Assembly: GCF_041956535.1 (NCBI RefSeq)
Contig: NW_027192208.1
Coordinates: forward strand, 617,760-681,759
Source of the DNA: Calcarisporiella thermophila CBS 279.70
Lineage: Eukaryota; Fungi; Calcarisporiellomycota
Direction: 5' to 3'
DNA: 64,000 nucleotides
Both the position numbers and the translations under genes were made by a program. The notes under the pieces are model-generated. The model did not search any database and was not told the DNA's origin. It worked only from the letters and a program-made list of their open reading frames with translations. This document shows positions 39,301 through 50,886 of this stretch, one piece after another (the stretch's first letter is position 1; the number at the start of each line of letters is the position of its first letter).

Positions 39301-41774
39301 GGAATATCGTTGGCATTTAGTGAAGTGTGTGAGGGTCGAAAGCGAACCGGAGCGTGCGTGGTTTGGCACTTGGTAAGTAAATGGGATTAGGTGTGGTTAA
39401 AATGACTAGAATGGTTGCACTGACCAATCTCGCTGGACCTCTTTTGATAGTACGGATATTAACGAGCACAAACTACTTGAGAAGACGCTGAAGGAAGCAC
39501 ACGATGCCGCGCAGAAGTCGACTGAAAGCAAGACACGGTTCTTATCCAACATGTCTCATGGTATGTGTAATCCCCTTACCTTACCATTATCATTTCCTAG
39601 TGGCTTCCTCTTAACCGCTCTCTCATCCGACCATAGAAATACGGACACCGCTTATTGGGATCACCGGTATGGCCACTTTCCTCCTCGACACCAAACTTTC
39701 GGTTGAACAGCTGGATTATGCACTTACTATTCAGCAGTCAGCCGATGCTCTGTTGATGGTCATCAATGACATCTTGGATTTCAGCAAAGTGGAGGCAGGC
39801 ATGATGCAGCTCCAAATGGAGCCGTTTTGTGTCACCTCCTTCCTGGAGGACTGCCACGAGCTGCTCGGATCGCTTGCGATTCAAAAGGGGCTTGAGCTGA
39901 GCTTCTTGGTTGAGGACCAAGTCCCGGAAATTGTAGTGGGGGATCGGATGAGGCTGAGGCAGGTTCTCCTGAATATGATAGGGAATGCGATCAAATTCAC
40001 CAGTAAGGGGGAGGTGTTCACGCGGTGCTCCGTGCACGAGTATGACGAAGAGCGCTCGGAGATCTCCCTCTTTTTTGTGGTGATTGACACGGGTTCTGGA
40101 TTTGATGCCAACGAAAAGGCGCGTATGTTCAAACCATTCTCGCAGATCGATACGTCGCGGCGGTCGGGCGGCAGTGGGTTGGGCCTTGTGATATCGCAGC
40201 AGCTTGTCCAGCTTCACGGTGGAGAGATGGGATGTGAGAGCAAAAAGGGCGAGGGATCCAAGTTCTATTTTACGGTGAAATTTGGCATACCGCCCCCCCA
40301 TACGGAGCCAAAGCCGCACACCCCAGTCAGCGAGACTCTGAAGTCCCCCTTCTTCCGCACCGTGCAAGCAGAAACAAGCTTGGACCCTCGTACACCCTTG
40401 CATGCGCCTCTCGACGGCAATTATTTTGGACAGGCGATGGATATCCCACCCGCCGTCCCCTCCTCAACCACGGTTAACATGATGCTTCGGCCCGAGATCG
40501 AGGCGAAGCTACGGTTAGTAAGCCAACAGAGGTGGACAACGCAAGGCCAGCCGTTGGAGCACACCAATGACGAGCAGACAAAGAGCCTGCCCGAGTCTCC
40601 GGATGACCATCACAAGCTGGCGGACAACTTTGCCGAAGATAGCGACGTGGGAAGCCCAACTCCTACGGAAAAGGCCAATCCCATGAAATACTTTGGCATG
40701 ATACCGGCTCAGAAATCGGAGGTCTCGGCGCCGGTGGAATCGCACCCTTTGCCGGCCCCTGCCAAACAGGCTGAGATAAGCGCGGAGGACATGGCGAAGG
40801 AGGTGGATATGGAGAGTTTTATCCCGCCCGGAGTGGAGGCTCGCACCCTGGTCGTGGTGGAGTGGCCCTATGCTTGTGAGTGCGCCGTGCACCATCTGTA
40901 TGGGATTTTGCCCTCGCTGCGGTTTGATATCGCTAAGGACTATGACGACGCGTGCGAGCGCGTCAAGTCGGCCACCGTTCCCTACTTCTGCGTGCTGATC
41001 AACCTCTCTAGCTCCAAGCAGGTGCTCTCCCTCGCCAACCTGCTGAAGCACACGCCTCTGCACGCGGCGGCGCTATTGCTGATTTTGACGACGCCAACGC
41101 AGCGAAGTGGGATCTTGGAGGGGATCAACGAGCTTCCGACGCGGTGTGAGTTCGTTTTCAAACCCCTGAAGCGCAGTAAGCTGGCGTCGGCTCTCGAACT
41201 CGGGCTCAAGCGCAGCCTGAACTGCGGGCCAAAGAGCTACCGCGGCCACCTGGCAACGCAGCAACTGCTAGCGTCGCAGAAGAACCTGTTCACGCGTATG
41301 GAGCAATCGATTGGGGGAAAGGGGTACCATGTTCTGCTGGTGGAGGACAATCCGATCAACCAAAAGGTCATTACGCGCTATCTCAACCGCATTGGTCTGG
41401 ACGTGACGCTAGCCCAGGACGGGGTCGAGTGTCTCGCACAATTCCACTCCCATCCCGTCGGATACTTCTCGCTCATCCTGTGTGATCTCTGCATGCCCGA
41501 GAAGGACGGGTACGCAACGACGCGGGAGATACGGGACTGGGAGCTCAAGCACTTGGGCGACGGCCAGCGGCCAGTTCCGATTGTGGCGCTCTCGGCCAAC
41601 GTCATGGATGGAGTGAAGACCCTCTGTGAAATGGCGGGGTTCAGCGCTTACGTGTCGAAGCCGGTAAGCTTCACCGAGCTAAGCGAGGTGATACGACAAT
41701 ATGTTCTAGAGCCAAATAGGGCCGGTGAACATCGCGACGAACCTGGGTTGCACATGGGTGGCTCTGAGCGATAA
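36389..41774 (+). CDS. Hybrid sensor histidine kinase (split GAF-like, PAS, PAS, HisKA, HATPase, pseudo-REC, REC); resembles fungal group V (Mak1/PhkB-like)
   Basis: PAS/PAC motifs VHPNDR..YRLRRFDGEYRWF and VHPDDR..GEYRWHL. H-box FLSNMSH/EIRTPL split by an intron, N-box LLNMIGNAIKFT, G-boxes DTGSG and GGSGLGL. Receiver LLVEDNPINQ..ILCDLCMP..SKPV. Confidence 0.95.
36638..36679 (+). repeat. CAG/CAA polyglutamine microsatellite inside the histidine kinase
   Basis: Encodes QQQQQQQPQQQQQQ. Confidence 0.8.
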
Positions 41775-42396
41775 CGCTGTCTTGGTGGGTTAAGGGCGCT
41801 TCTCCTCCCCCCCCCTTTTTTTTTCGTTTTATTTTCATAGAGTTTGATAACAGGGGGTCAAAGAAAGGAGATAGGTTTTCTGTATTTTTCTACTTCTTCT
41901 CCCTTTCGTTATTCCCAGTTTCCACCTTTATCGTTTTCCCTGTTTATTATCTTATTATATATTATTTTTCAAAAATTTTTTATTATCTTATTCATATTAT
42001 TCACTGTAGTGATGTCTTTTCTTCTCTTTTTCTTTTCCTTTTTGTCTCTTCTTTTGTAATTTTCTCCTGCACAGCTTTATTTTTCTTCTTTTTTTTCTAT
42101 TTCTCCACACGATAAAAATATAAATTTTAGAATCCATCCTCCCGTTCCGTCCTCAGCCGTAAATTAGCTTCGCCGCTGGTGTCGATTAAGGTTAGCCTCG
42201 AGCCCGCACTCCCCGTTCACCCGTAACCGGAATTGGCTCTCTTAATAACCGCATATTAGATTTTGAGGAGGGCTGTCTTTCTGAGACAATTACGTATAAA
42301 AAACACCACCGACTAATTTTTTCTACACCGAAAAATCTGGTATTAATGGCTTTTTTTCTCTTCCCCGTCCAAGCTATACTGTAACATGCTCACGCC

Positions 42397-45061
42397 ATGG
42401 ACACCAATCCAACCACCAAGCTCTCCTATTTCAAACGGAGAAAGATCATGATTGCTTGCAATGCATGCCGCAAGAGCAAGCAGAAATGTTCCAACAGTGA
42501 AAGTAAGTGTCTTCGGATTATCGAGGGGGGAGGGCGAGGGTCAAGACCCCGTCTGATGCCCGTCTGTTATTCTTATAGTTGATTCGCGGTTCCCCTGCAA
42601 ACGATGCACGGAAAAAGGTGGGCCCCCCGACTTCTCCGGCTTCCAGCATTCTCTCTCTAAACGGGATTCATTTTCTATAGGCATTCCATGCGTCTACGAG
42701 AAGAATGATCGCAAAACCGAGAGCTTCGAGTCCCACCTTGAGATGATCGAGGCCTCTCTGCACAAAATCCAGCAGCGCCGCAAACCCAACGCCAAATCCT
42801 CCTCCACTTCCCCTGCATCCTCCCGCATCCTCACGGGCACTCCCTCTTCGAACACCGCTGACAACATGATCCAGCAGCTTACTCAAAGCGTTGCCGATAT
42901 AACCCTCCACATCAACAATATAGAGTTCCCGGTGCTCCCGCAGTCGCCGTCCCTTTACCCTCGTATGGTCAAGATGCCACCGGTTGAGTTACAAAAGCGG
43001 CTCGTATCCCTCGCGCTTAACATCCGGTTTCGGATTGTGCCGCTCGTGCAAGCAGAAAATTTCATGCAGCGGCTGGGCGATGAGTCGAACCCGCCCCATC
43101 CAGGCCTTGTGTATGCATTGATGGCACACGGAGCAAAGTACACAGACGATGTTTCGTTTTGTTTAGATCCAGAGAAAATGGAGACCATGGGCGTGCCATT
43201 CATTGAAATGGCCCAGCGCATTGCATGGGCCGAGGTCAAGAAGCCGTCGCTGGCAACTCTTCAGACGCTGCTCTTGGTGGCCGTGTTTGAAGACGGAACG
43301 AGCCGGTTCAGCATGGCGCCCATTGTTACTGGTGAGCACGAGCTTTGTTGCTCTTTGTTTTGAGTATCTTTTGATTGATGACTAAGGTGATTTAACAACC
43401 TTGTCTGATCAATAGGCGCAACGGCCCGCATGTGTTTCCTCCTTGGATTAACCCGCGAAAAAACATACGCACGCCTGTCCATCCAGGAAAAGATCGAGTA
43501 CCGCTCCGCCTTCATTCTGGCATGGCTCATCGAGAGCGCGCAAAGCTGCAGCGAGACAATCCGTCTCCCTTTCGCTTTCCCCGAGGGCAGCTACGACACC
43601 CAGCTGCGGTTTGGCCACGAAGAGTTGGAGGAGCTCCCCGAGCTCAAGTACCTCGAGATTTTTGCCGACATTTTCCGGACGCGGCGCTCGCTGTGGCTGG
43701 CGAGGTTCGATCGGTGGCGAGACGAAGAGCCCGGCCCCATCTCTCAACAGGAGTTCACGGGAGCCCTCCAGCAGATCGAGCGCATCAGAAACAGGCTTCC
43801 CCCGCTGCCGCCCTTTGACCCGTATCATCCCGAGGTGGATACCATGCCCAACACTCCAAGCGACATTGCGCAGTGGGCGCTTCCCCTCCACCTGATGAAC
43901 GACTTCACAAGCCTTGAAGCCTGCCGTTTGCGGGCTGGCGAAGGGGTGCCCCCCACCGTCTACGAGCGGGTAATGGCGGAGGCCGCCTGCAGGATCACCA
44001 CCACCATGACCCTCCTGGACGACCGCAGATACTACAACTTGACGTTCAACCTCGTGGTGACGGCCTCGCTTGCTGCGGCGCGGGCGCACCTGCATACCGC
44101 TCTCGGGGAAAGCTCCGAGTCGTGGATCGGGTTCCTGTGGCTGATGCGCAATTTGCGAGCATTGAGCTCGACGCTGGCGTGGGCGACTACGCTGGCGGGG
44201 CAGGACGTGCGGCTGCGCGTGGTCAACAACAGCCTCAAGGTGTGTAAGGCGGTTGCCGAGCGGTTCTATCCGCCAAATATGCCCATGCCCAACTTCCCGG
44301 GCGGATCTCCCCCCTCAGGGCCACAGACCTCGTCCTCGCTGCCACTGCCCTCCTCGATGTCTCCGATGCAGGCCTTTGTGGGCGGCATGCAGATGCCATC
44401 CTCGTTGCAGCAAAACTCGGTTCCCACCCTCTCGCCCGCGTCCTCCTCGTCCCATCCGCCGTATTTGCCCAATGCCGCCACCTCTTTCATGCCGATGCCC
44501 TCCGCCCTCCCCCTGGGGAGCTCCTCAGCTAGCGTTATACCCCCCGCATCCGCCCCCTCCTCTCCGCCTTGGGGATCTGTCCTTCACACGATTCCGCAGA
44601 AGTCAGTGTCGCCAGCAGCCTCTTCCATCTCCACTAACACGAACTCGCCCCCCACCAACTCACACTCCATACCCTCCTCTACCATGTCGGACCCTGCATC
44701 CCACCCCCTCACCCAGCCGTCCTCCACCCAACCTCCCCCACCACTTTCGCAGTCCCCCCTGCTCCACTCGATGCAATCCCACCTAAAAGAATGGAGTCAC
44801 GGCGACCTGAATGCCTCGCTAGCTCTCCTCCTGACTCCGGGCCCCGGCTTCGATGAGTCGCAATACGAGATCCCCTCGTTGGTCACCAGCTTCCCTGTGA
44901 CCTCAAGTGATTCCTCCTCGCCTTTTGTGGTGGAGAATACCGGAGCTTGCGAGGGCAACGACAATGGGTTGAGTGGCAAGAAGCCGGGTGTGGAGGAGCC
45001 GGTCCCCGACCTGGATCCAAACATGGGCGTGGTTGACTGGAATATGTTTTGGCAGAGCTAG
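42397..45061 (+). CDS. Zn(II)2Cys6 fungal transcription factor with middle-homology region
   Basis: Cluster split over three exons: CNACRKSKQKC / PCKRC / IPC (micro-exon ~42579-42618). Fungal_trans-like PSLATLQTLLLV..ARMCFLLGL..EYRSAFILAWLIE. Pro/Ser-rich and acidic-hydrophobic tail. Confidence 0.9.
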
Positions 45062-45707
45062 CTTGAAATTTGATACTCAGTGGTCCTTATCTCGCTTATA
45101 CCAGGTGCTAGTCAATAACGAGGTGCCTTCCCCCCCCCCCCCCTTCATGACGTCTGCTGTTTTTTTTTTCGCCCTCTTTTCTCCTTCATCTACTAGGTAG
45201 CATTCCCCCCCCCCCCTTTTTTTTTTCCTTTGTTTTCGCAGTCGCTATTTTCTACTACCTTCTATTTGTGTCTTCTTTAATGTTCTTATTTTTAGGTTTT
45301 GTTGTATATATTTCGTTTCTATTGTTCCTCGCGACTCTTTTTGTCCGCGCATCCCCCCCCCTCCCACGAAATAAAAAGTGACGATGGCGGTCACTCTATC
45401 TCATCTAAAGCATTGGACTTTGGTAGTAGATTTAGACTGGTTGGCTTTAGGAAATCTTAATTCTGGAGAAGGAAATCATTCCATCTAAGCGCTCGTGGTA
45501 CAATTTTTTTTTTCGCAGAACCATTGAAAAATACCAAATAAAAAATTCGGCACTTCGAACTACCTCTATCCCTAATCTATTTGGTAGTAATTCGTCTTTT
45601 GATTTTGCCCTTGTTCCTCTCAGCGATTTGTATATACACCCCATTTTTTTCCGCGTACAATCAGCTCCTTTACAAGCGTCGTCAGCCTGCTCCCCAAGTG
45701 CGACCGA

Positions 45708-48135
45708 ATGCAAGAACAGATGAGCTTTAATCTTTCGACTTTGGCAGAGACATCCTCCGCTGCGGTCCCGTCTCTGGATCAGCAACAGCAGCAACAGCAG
45801 CCCAGTCCGATGCAGATGTCACCGGTGCCGCAGCTCTATCCTCAGACCTCCGAAGACATCGCGTACCAGAAGATAATGGAGAAACTACAGGCAGCGCTCC
45901 GATCCTTCTCGCATCTGCTCGAGCCTCCAAATGTCCCAGCCAGCCCCGCGAGCCAACCTCCCCCCAAGCAAACGGATGATCATTCAGACCCGGATAATAC
46001 AGTGCCGAAGCAGAAGGCTGCGCTCCCGCAAAAGTCGATGTCGGTGTTCCAGCGGCTGAGCTATCTCAGCACGGATGGCATGATTTCTAGCTCGCAGCAA
46101 CAGAATGAGAAGGAGTCGAACTCTGGGAGAGAGCAAATTCGTAGCCGTGATCCGAGTAAGTTCAAAGCAGAATCTAATCCACATTACAGGCTCCTGGTCC
46201 TCTGTTTTTGTATCGCCCCCATTCTCATTCAAATCAGCCGCTATCTCACCTCCTCCCCATTTTTCTCGCTATTCTCTCCTTGGCCTCGCGGTGGATAGGA
46301 GTCTATCTGAGGGCACGAACCCCCCCGCCGGATGAGCCTCGACTTGAGCGACCTGTCGATCTCTCTCGCAATATCCTCCGCCTCATCCTGGACTTGAACT
46401 ACTTCGACCACGTGAGTGAACAGCTCAACGAGCAAGCCAAGGACGCAAACAACACGGCCGATGCGCTACAGACCCGCATTGCCCAACTCGAAGCCGAGCT
46501 GGCCGCCCTCCGCCATTACCAGGCCGCTGTGGAGGAGGAGCAGGCCGGCATCCAGCGCGACCGGCAGTATGTCGGCCAGCTCATCCACGAGCGAAAGGCG
46601 GTGATGGAGGAAGTCATCCTGCAGAACGGCGAAACTCAGTTCCCGGAAACGCCGGCCAGCATGCTGCAGCTTATCCACGACGAGGCGAAGATGGAGGAGG
46701 AGAACATTGCCTATTGCCACACGTTCAACTTCGGGGACGGATGCGTGCGCGGGGGCGAGAGGGCGGGCGCTTGCGCCGACATGCACATTTGCTGCTTTTG
46801 CCAGGAGGAGCACCCCGTTTACGCCTGCGACAAGGTGCCTCTTGCCCTCGCCCATCGGCCCTCGGAGGCCCTCTCCCCCTACTCGTCTCAGCTCCAGAAG
46901 CTCACCTTCTCGATGCCCAAGAACAGCGGGTGGCAACCCGTGGCCACCTCGGGGATTCTCTCGCGGCTGAGAGCGATCCACGACCGAACCATCCCCCTCA
47001 GCCAGCGGCTCATTAACCAAACCCTGCTTGAAGGGCTCAAGGACATCACTGCCGGTAAGATCTCTTTCCCTCTCTCTTTTCTCCCTCCGTAGGGGTGGAG
47101 GGCGATCCGATTGAATTGCAATCCACAACCACCTGACGCTGCTTCTCTCCTTCCTCCATGACACCCTCGTCCTTAACACTTCTCTTTTTTCTCTTTCTTT
47201 CTCTTTCTTTCTGGAACTCTTCTCCTTTTCATGACCTAGAAACGGCCAACAAACTGATCCGGGAGACTTTATTCAAATATGGGTACAATGGTATCCATTT
47301 GCAGCCGCCCCCCGTCGATCCCTCTTCTGAACCCAAACTAAACGAGTCGAATTCCAAAAACGTCGCGCGGAACGAAGCCGCCTCGACCGGCAGCCTCGAG
47401 CGCGAAAAACCCCCCTCACGAACCGAACCGGTTCCCCCCTCTGCTACTAAAACGAAGACCTCCAAGAACGAGGACCCTCGTCCCCTGCCAAAGGCAAAAC
47501 CGGCCGAGGGCAATGCTCCGCCTCCGGCGAAACCGCCCAACGATGCAAAAGCACGGGCGCCGACGAGCGAACGGCCTCCACGACCCGCCTCCTCCTTCAA
47601 GGGAGAAGAAAAGAGGCCCACCCGCCCCGAACGAATTCCGAGCTACGACAGGCGAGAGAAGGAGACGCGGCCCCACCCGCCGCCGCATTCGCGGTACGAT
47701 CGCTACGAGGGGGCGGCATGGAAGGGCCAGAGCGCCTCGACCGCCTCCAATACCCTCTACGGTCGCTACCGGAGCCGGTTGGAAGTGCGGGATTCCGCCG
47801 ACATACCCCCGAGATACCCGAGACGGTTTAGCGAGCCCCGCGAGAATGGCGAGAAGCGAGCCCCCCCTCCACGGGAGAGCCGGAGATTGCGCGACGACTC
47901 GCGAGAGCGAACCCGGGAAAAGCGGCCGGAGAACCCGCCTGAAAAGCGAATGGACACCTGGCTTCCCCAGGACCGCGATTGGTCGTTGCCTCGGCCACGG
48001 GCCCCGTCTCGGGCCCGGACTCGATCGCCGTCGCGCTCCCGGTCGCGGTCGCGATCCCCGTCCTCTGACGACAATCCGCGCTTCAAGCGTCTGAGGGCCG
48101 AGTGCGATTCACCCTCGAGGCGATCGGACGAATGA
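45708..48135 (+). CDS. Unknown protein: Q/P-rich N-terminus, coiled coil, CCCH+CCHC zinc finger, RS-rich tail
   Basis: Phase-compatible GT-AG introns at 46156-46298 and 47055-47239 join ORFs 45708, 46208 and 47158. Motif CHTFNFGDGC..CADMHICCFCQEEHPVYAC. Tail RTRSPSRSRSRSRSPS. Confidence 0.72.
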
Positions 48136-49949
48136 TGCCATCCCCCCCGCCTACCCGGATCAGGCATCGGCGATCCCTTCCCTTCACAATGAAGGGCAGG
48201 AACAGCGACGTGTCATGGCAATCTCTCTTCCAATGCCCGTCGTTCTACCCTGTTTGGATTGAGATGGTGCCCCGAAGCTGTTCTCTACCCGGCATTATTT
48301 TAATTGTTCTCATCCCATGTATAAAATAGACGGACATTGAAGCTATTCTAACCCTTTTAGTACTAGCTATGCCACTTCTGCGGGCAAACGCGTGTTGGGA
48401 CTGCCGCATCCTTCTCGACGGGAAAGTAGCATGAGGGAGGACTTCTCAGGACACTTTCCTGTCGAGCATCGCATTGGGCATGTCTTTCCACGGGCAAGAC
48501 CATTTCCTCTACGTCAGACTGTGTTATTCTTATTTTTTATGGTTTGGGTTCCCTCCTCCCGGCATGGCGGATCATCTCAGACAAGCTTGTTGTCCGGGAT
48601 GAGGGTGGAGGTGGTGGAGGTGGAGGAACTATGTGGCTCGTTACACTGTAATAAATTGGATGGTTCATTTCTGATTGAAGATAGATGAAACCTTGTTTAA
48701 GAAGAGGCAAGCGAGCCTCGGCCTACAAGCTTGAGCCATTTTCCGGCCAATTTTGCGAAAATTGAAATTGCATTGTTCAAATTGGTTTTGATTGCAACTT
48801 TACAGAGAGGATCATATCGGGTGACCGCGTTTGCAAACTCCGCGGGGCCTACTTCAGTCCCGCATGCCACCCTGCTTCCTCTCTCGGCCCTCGGCCCAGG
48901 GGGCTCCCCCCCTCCCCCCGCCCTCCTCCTGCCCCTGGCGGCCGCCACGGCTGTAGGAGATCGGGTTGCAACCACCCGTGTTTGGGCGGCAAAACCGCCC
49001 GATGTTGGGTGGGGGGGAGGGGGGCGGCTCTGGGACAGTTTCGTGTGAAATCATGGTGCAGTTTGGCTTAGTGAGGAAAGATGACACTAACACTTGGTTG
49101 TTTATGCGCTTGGTGAGCTCCTTGTGCCCCTCTCTGGTTTGGGCTATGCGCATGCTTGCCCAACCTCCGTTTGCAGAGCCATATTAATTACAAGTCACAA
49201 GACTCTGCGCATTGCCGTAATTTAACAAACGAGGAAGGTGACACGCATTTTCGTTGTGGTAAGGACTTGATGACGCATGCATCCCCATCACAGGGTTGGA
49301 CAAGAAGCGGAACGCGACTGAGACACCGGCCTTCTTCACGGCAGGGATCCCGCTGGGACTCCTCTGGTGGCGAGGGCAAAGGCCAGCTGCCAGAGCGTGC
49401 GGGAGGGAGGGCGGCCGCGGCGGGGGCCGCAGAGAGAGGCAGGAGGGGGCAGAGGGGGGAGGAGAGGAAGCACCGCAACGGGGATGCAGGCGGCGAGTCA
49501 TCAAGCAACTAGCTCAGGGTGATATTTCCATATTGCGGCTAAATGTAATTTGCACATATTTGCTACATGTTTCTGATCATTCAGGCATAATTTCCTCTCT
49601 CTTTCGTCTTCTCTGCCCCCTCATTTCACCGATCCTTTTGGCCCGCCGCCATTGGCCCGCCCTCTCATTTTCCTGTAATGTGATGCTCTGTTTATGTGCA
49701 ATTTCCCTTTGTCAGAAAAGTTGGCCACCCAACTCATTTTCCCACACCGGCCAATCTCACACGTCCTTCCTTTTCGCGCTCATTAACCGCTTAATGACAC
49801 GAAAAAGGAGAGAACAGTTTAATGCTTTTTTTTTGGGCCTCTTGTTCCCCCCCCCCCCTCTCTCTTCTTGCCCTCCTCTTCCTTCCCCTCTGGCCCTCAT
49901 TCACGCCACTCGCCTCCCATCCACTCAGCTTCAAGACCCCAAATTGCTC

Positions 49950-49957
49950 TATAAAAG
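49950..49957 (+). promoter_or_regulatory. TATA box of the acetate transporter gene
   Basis: TATAAAAG about 200 nt upstream of ATG 50158, followed by a pyrimidine-rich leader. Confidence 0.5.
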
Positions 49958-50157
49958 GCCCTGCCCATTTTCCCACCCTCCTTCCTCTTCATTTTCTGTT
50001 CCTCCCATTTCTCTCTCCACTTTCTCCCCTCCTGCTTTCCAGCGCCTTCATCTTAGACAACCTCCTCTTTAATTTCTCCTTGCTCCTTGGCAATTGTTGC
50101 TGCTACCTGCTTCTTGTGCTCTTCTCTTGACCCTTTTTTTAATCCTGCATATCCATC

Positions 50158-50886
50158 ATGAGTGACGTTGAGGCTGCTCCTGCTTCTGCTCCTGCCGCCG
50201 TCGCCCCCAGGGCATCTGCCTGCGGGCTGGGAACATTCGCCTTTGCGATGTCCTTCTTCGTCTTGAACCTGTTGCTTGCCGGGGCATTGTAAGTAGCTAC
50301 ATCCCCCGCCCTCTCCTGGGTCGATGCTCAGGGGGGAGATGATCCTTCTCTCAATGCGACTCACGATCTCTCTCTTTCTTCCCCCCCCCCCCCTCTTTCT
50401 AGTGGAACGGATGCGTCGACCAACCTGGTCTTCGGTCTGGCCATCTTCTACGGAGGAGTCGCACAATTCATTGCGGGTCTTCTTGAGTTCAAGGCGGGCG
50501 ACGCCTTTGCCGGCACCGCCTTCATCTCCTATGCCGCCTTCTTCCTCTCCTTCGCTGCCTTCTCCTTCAACGGCAGCAACGGGGTAGCCGCGTACGGAGC
50601 CAAGGCGGGCCACGCGATGGGCACCTACTTCATCCTTTGGGGCTTCTTCACCCTCATCCTGCTCCTCGCGTCGCTGCGCCGCCACCTGGGCCTGGTGGTG
50701 TTCCTGTTCTTGGTGTTCCTGGCCTTCCTGCTGCTTTCGATCGGCGCATTCGTCAGCAACTCCGGCTCGACCACCGCCGGCGCCATCATCGGCATTATTG
50801 CCTCCGTGGTCGCGTGGTATAACGGAATGACCGAGTTCATCAACAAGGACACCTCCTACTTCGCCCTGCCCTACGGGCGAAAGTAA
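50158..50886 (+). CDS. GPR1/FUN34/YaaH (AceTr/SatP/Ato) acetate/carboxylate transporter
   Basis: Two exons (intron 50289-50402): LGTFAFAMSFFVLNLL / FYGGVAQFIAGLLEFKAGDAFAGTAFISYAAFFLS..MGTYFILWGFFT..GIIASVVAWYNG. About six TM helices. Confidence 0.9.

Noticed and set aside
47170-47177. TCCTTAAC, the U12 branch-point consensus
   Set aside because: The intron donor is GTAAGA (U2-type) and the motif is ~60 nt from the acceptor, too far for a typical U12 intron.
48392-50130. Many short ORFs upstream of the transporter (also 51147-52288)
   Set aside because: They are low-complexity and mutually overlapping with no domain or splice pattern, consistent with GC-rich intergenic or promoter DNA.
36389-50886. 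Histidine kinase + Zn2Cys6 factor + acetate transporter as a functional cluster
   Set aside because: Only proximity supports it. An unrelated gene intervenes and there is no metabolic enzyme or shared motif.
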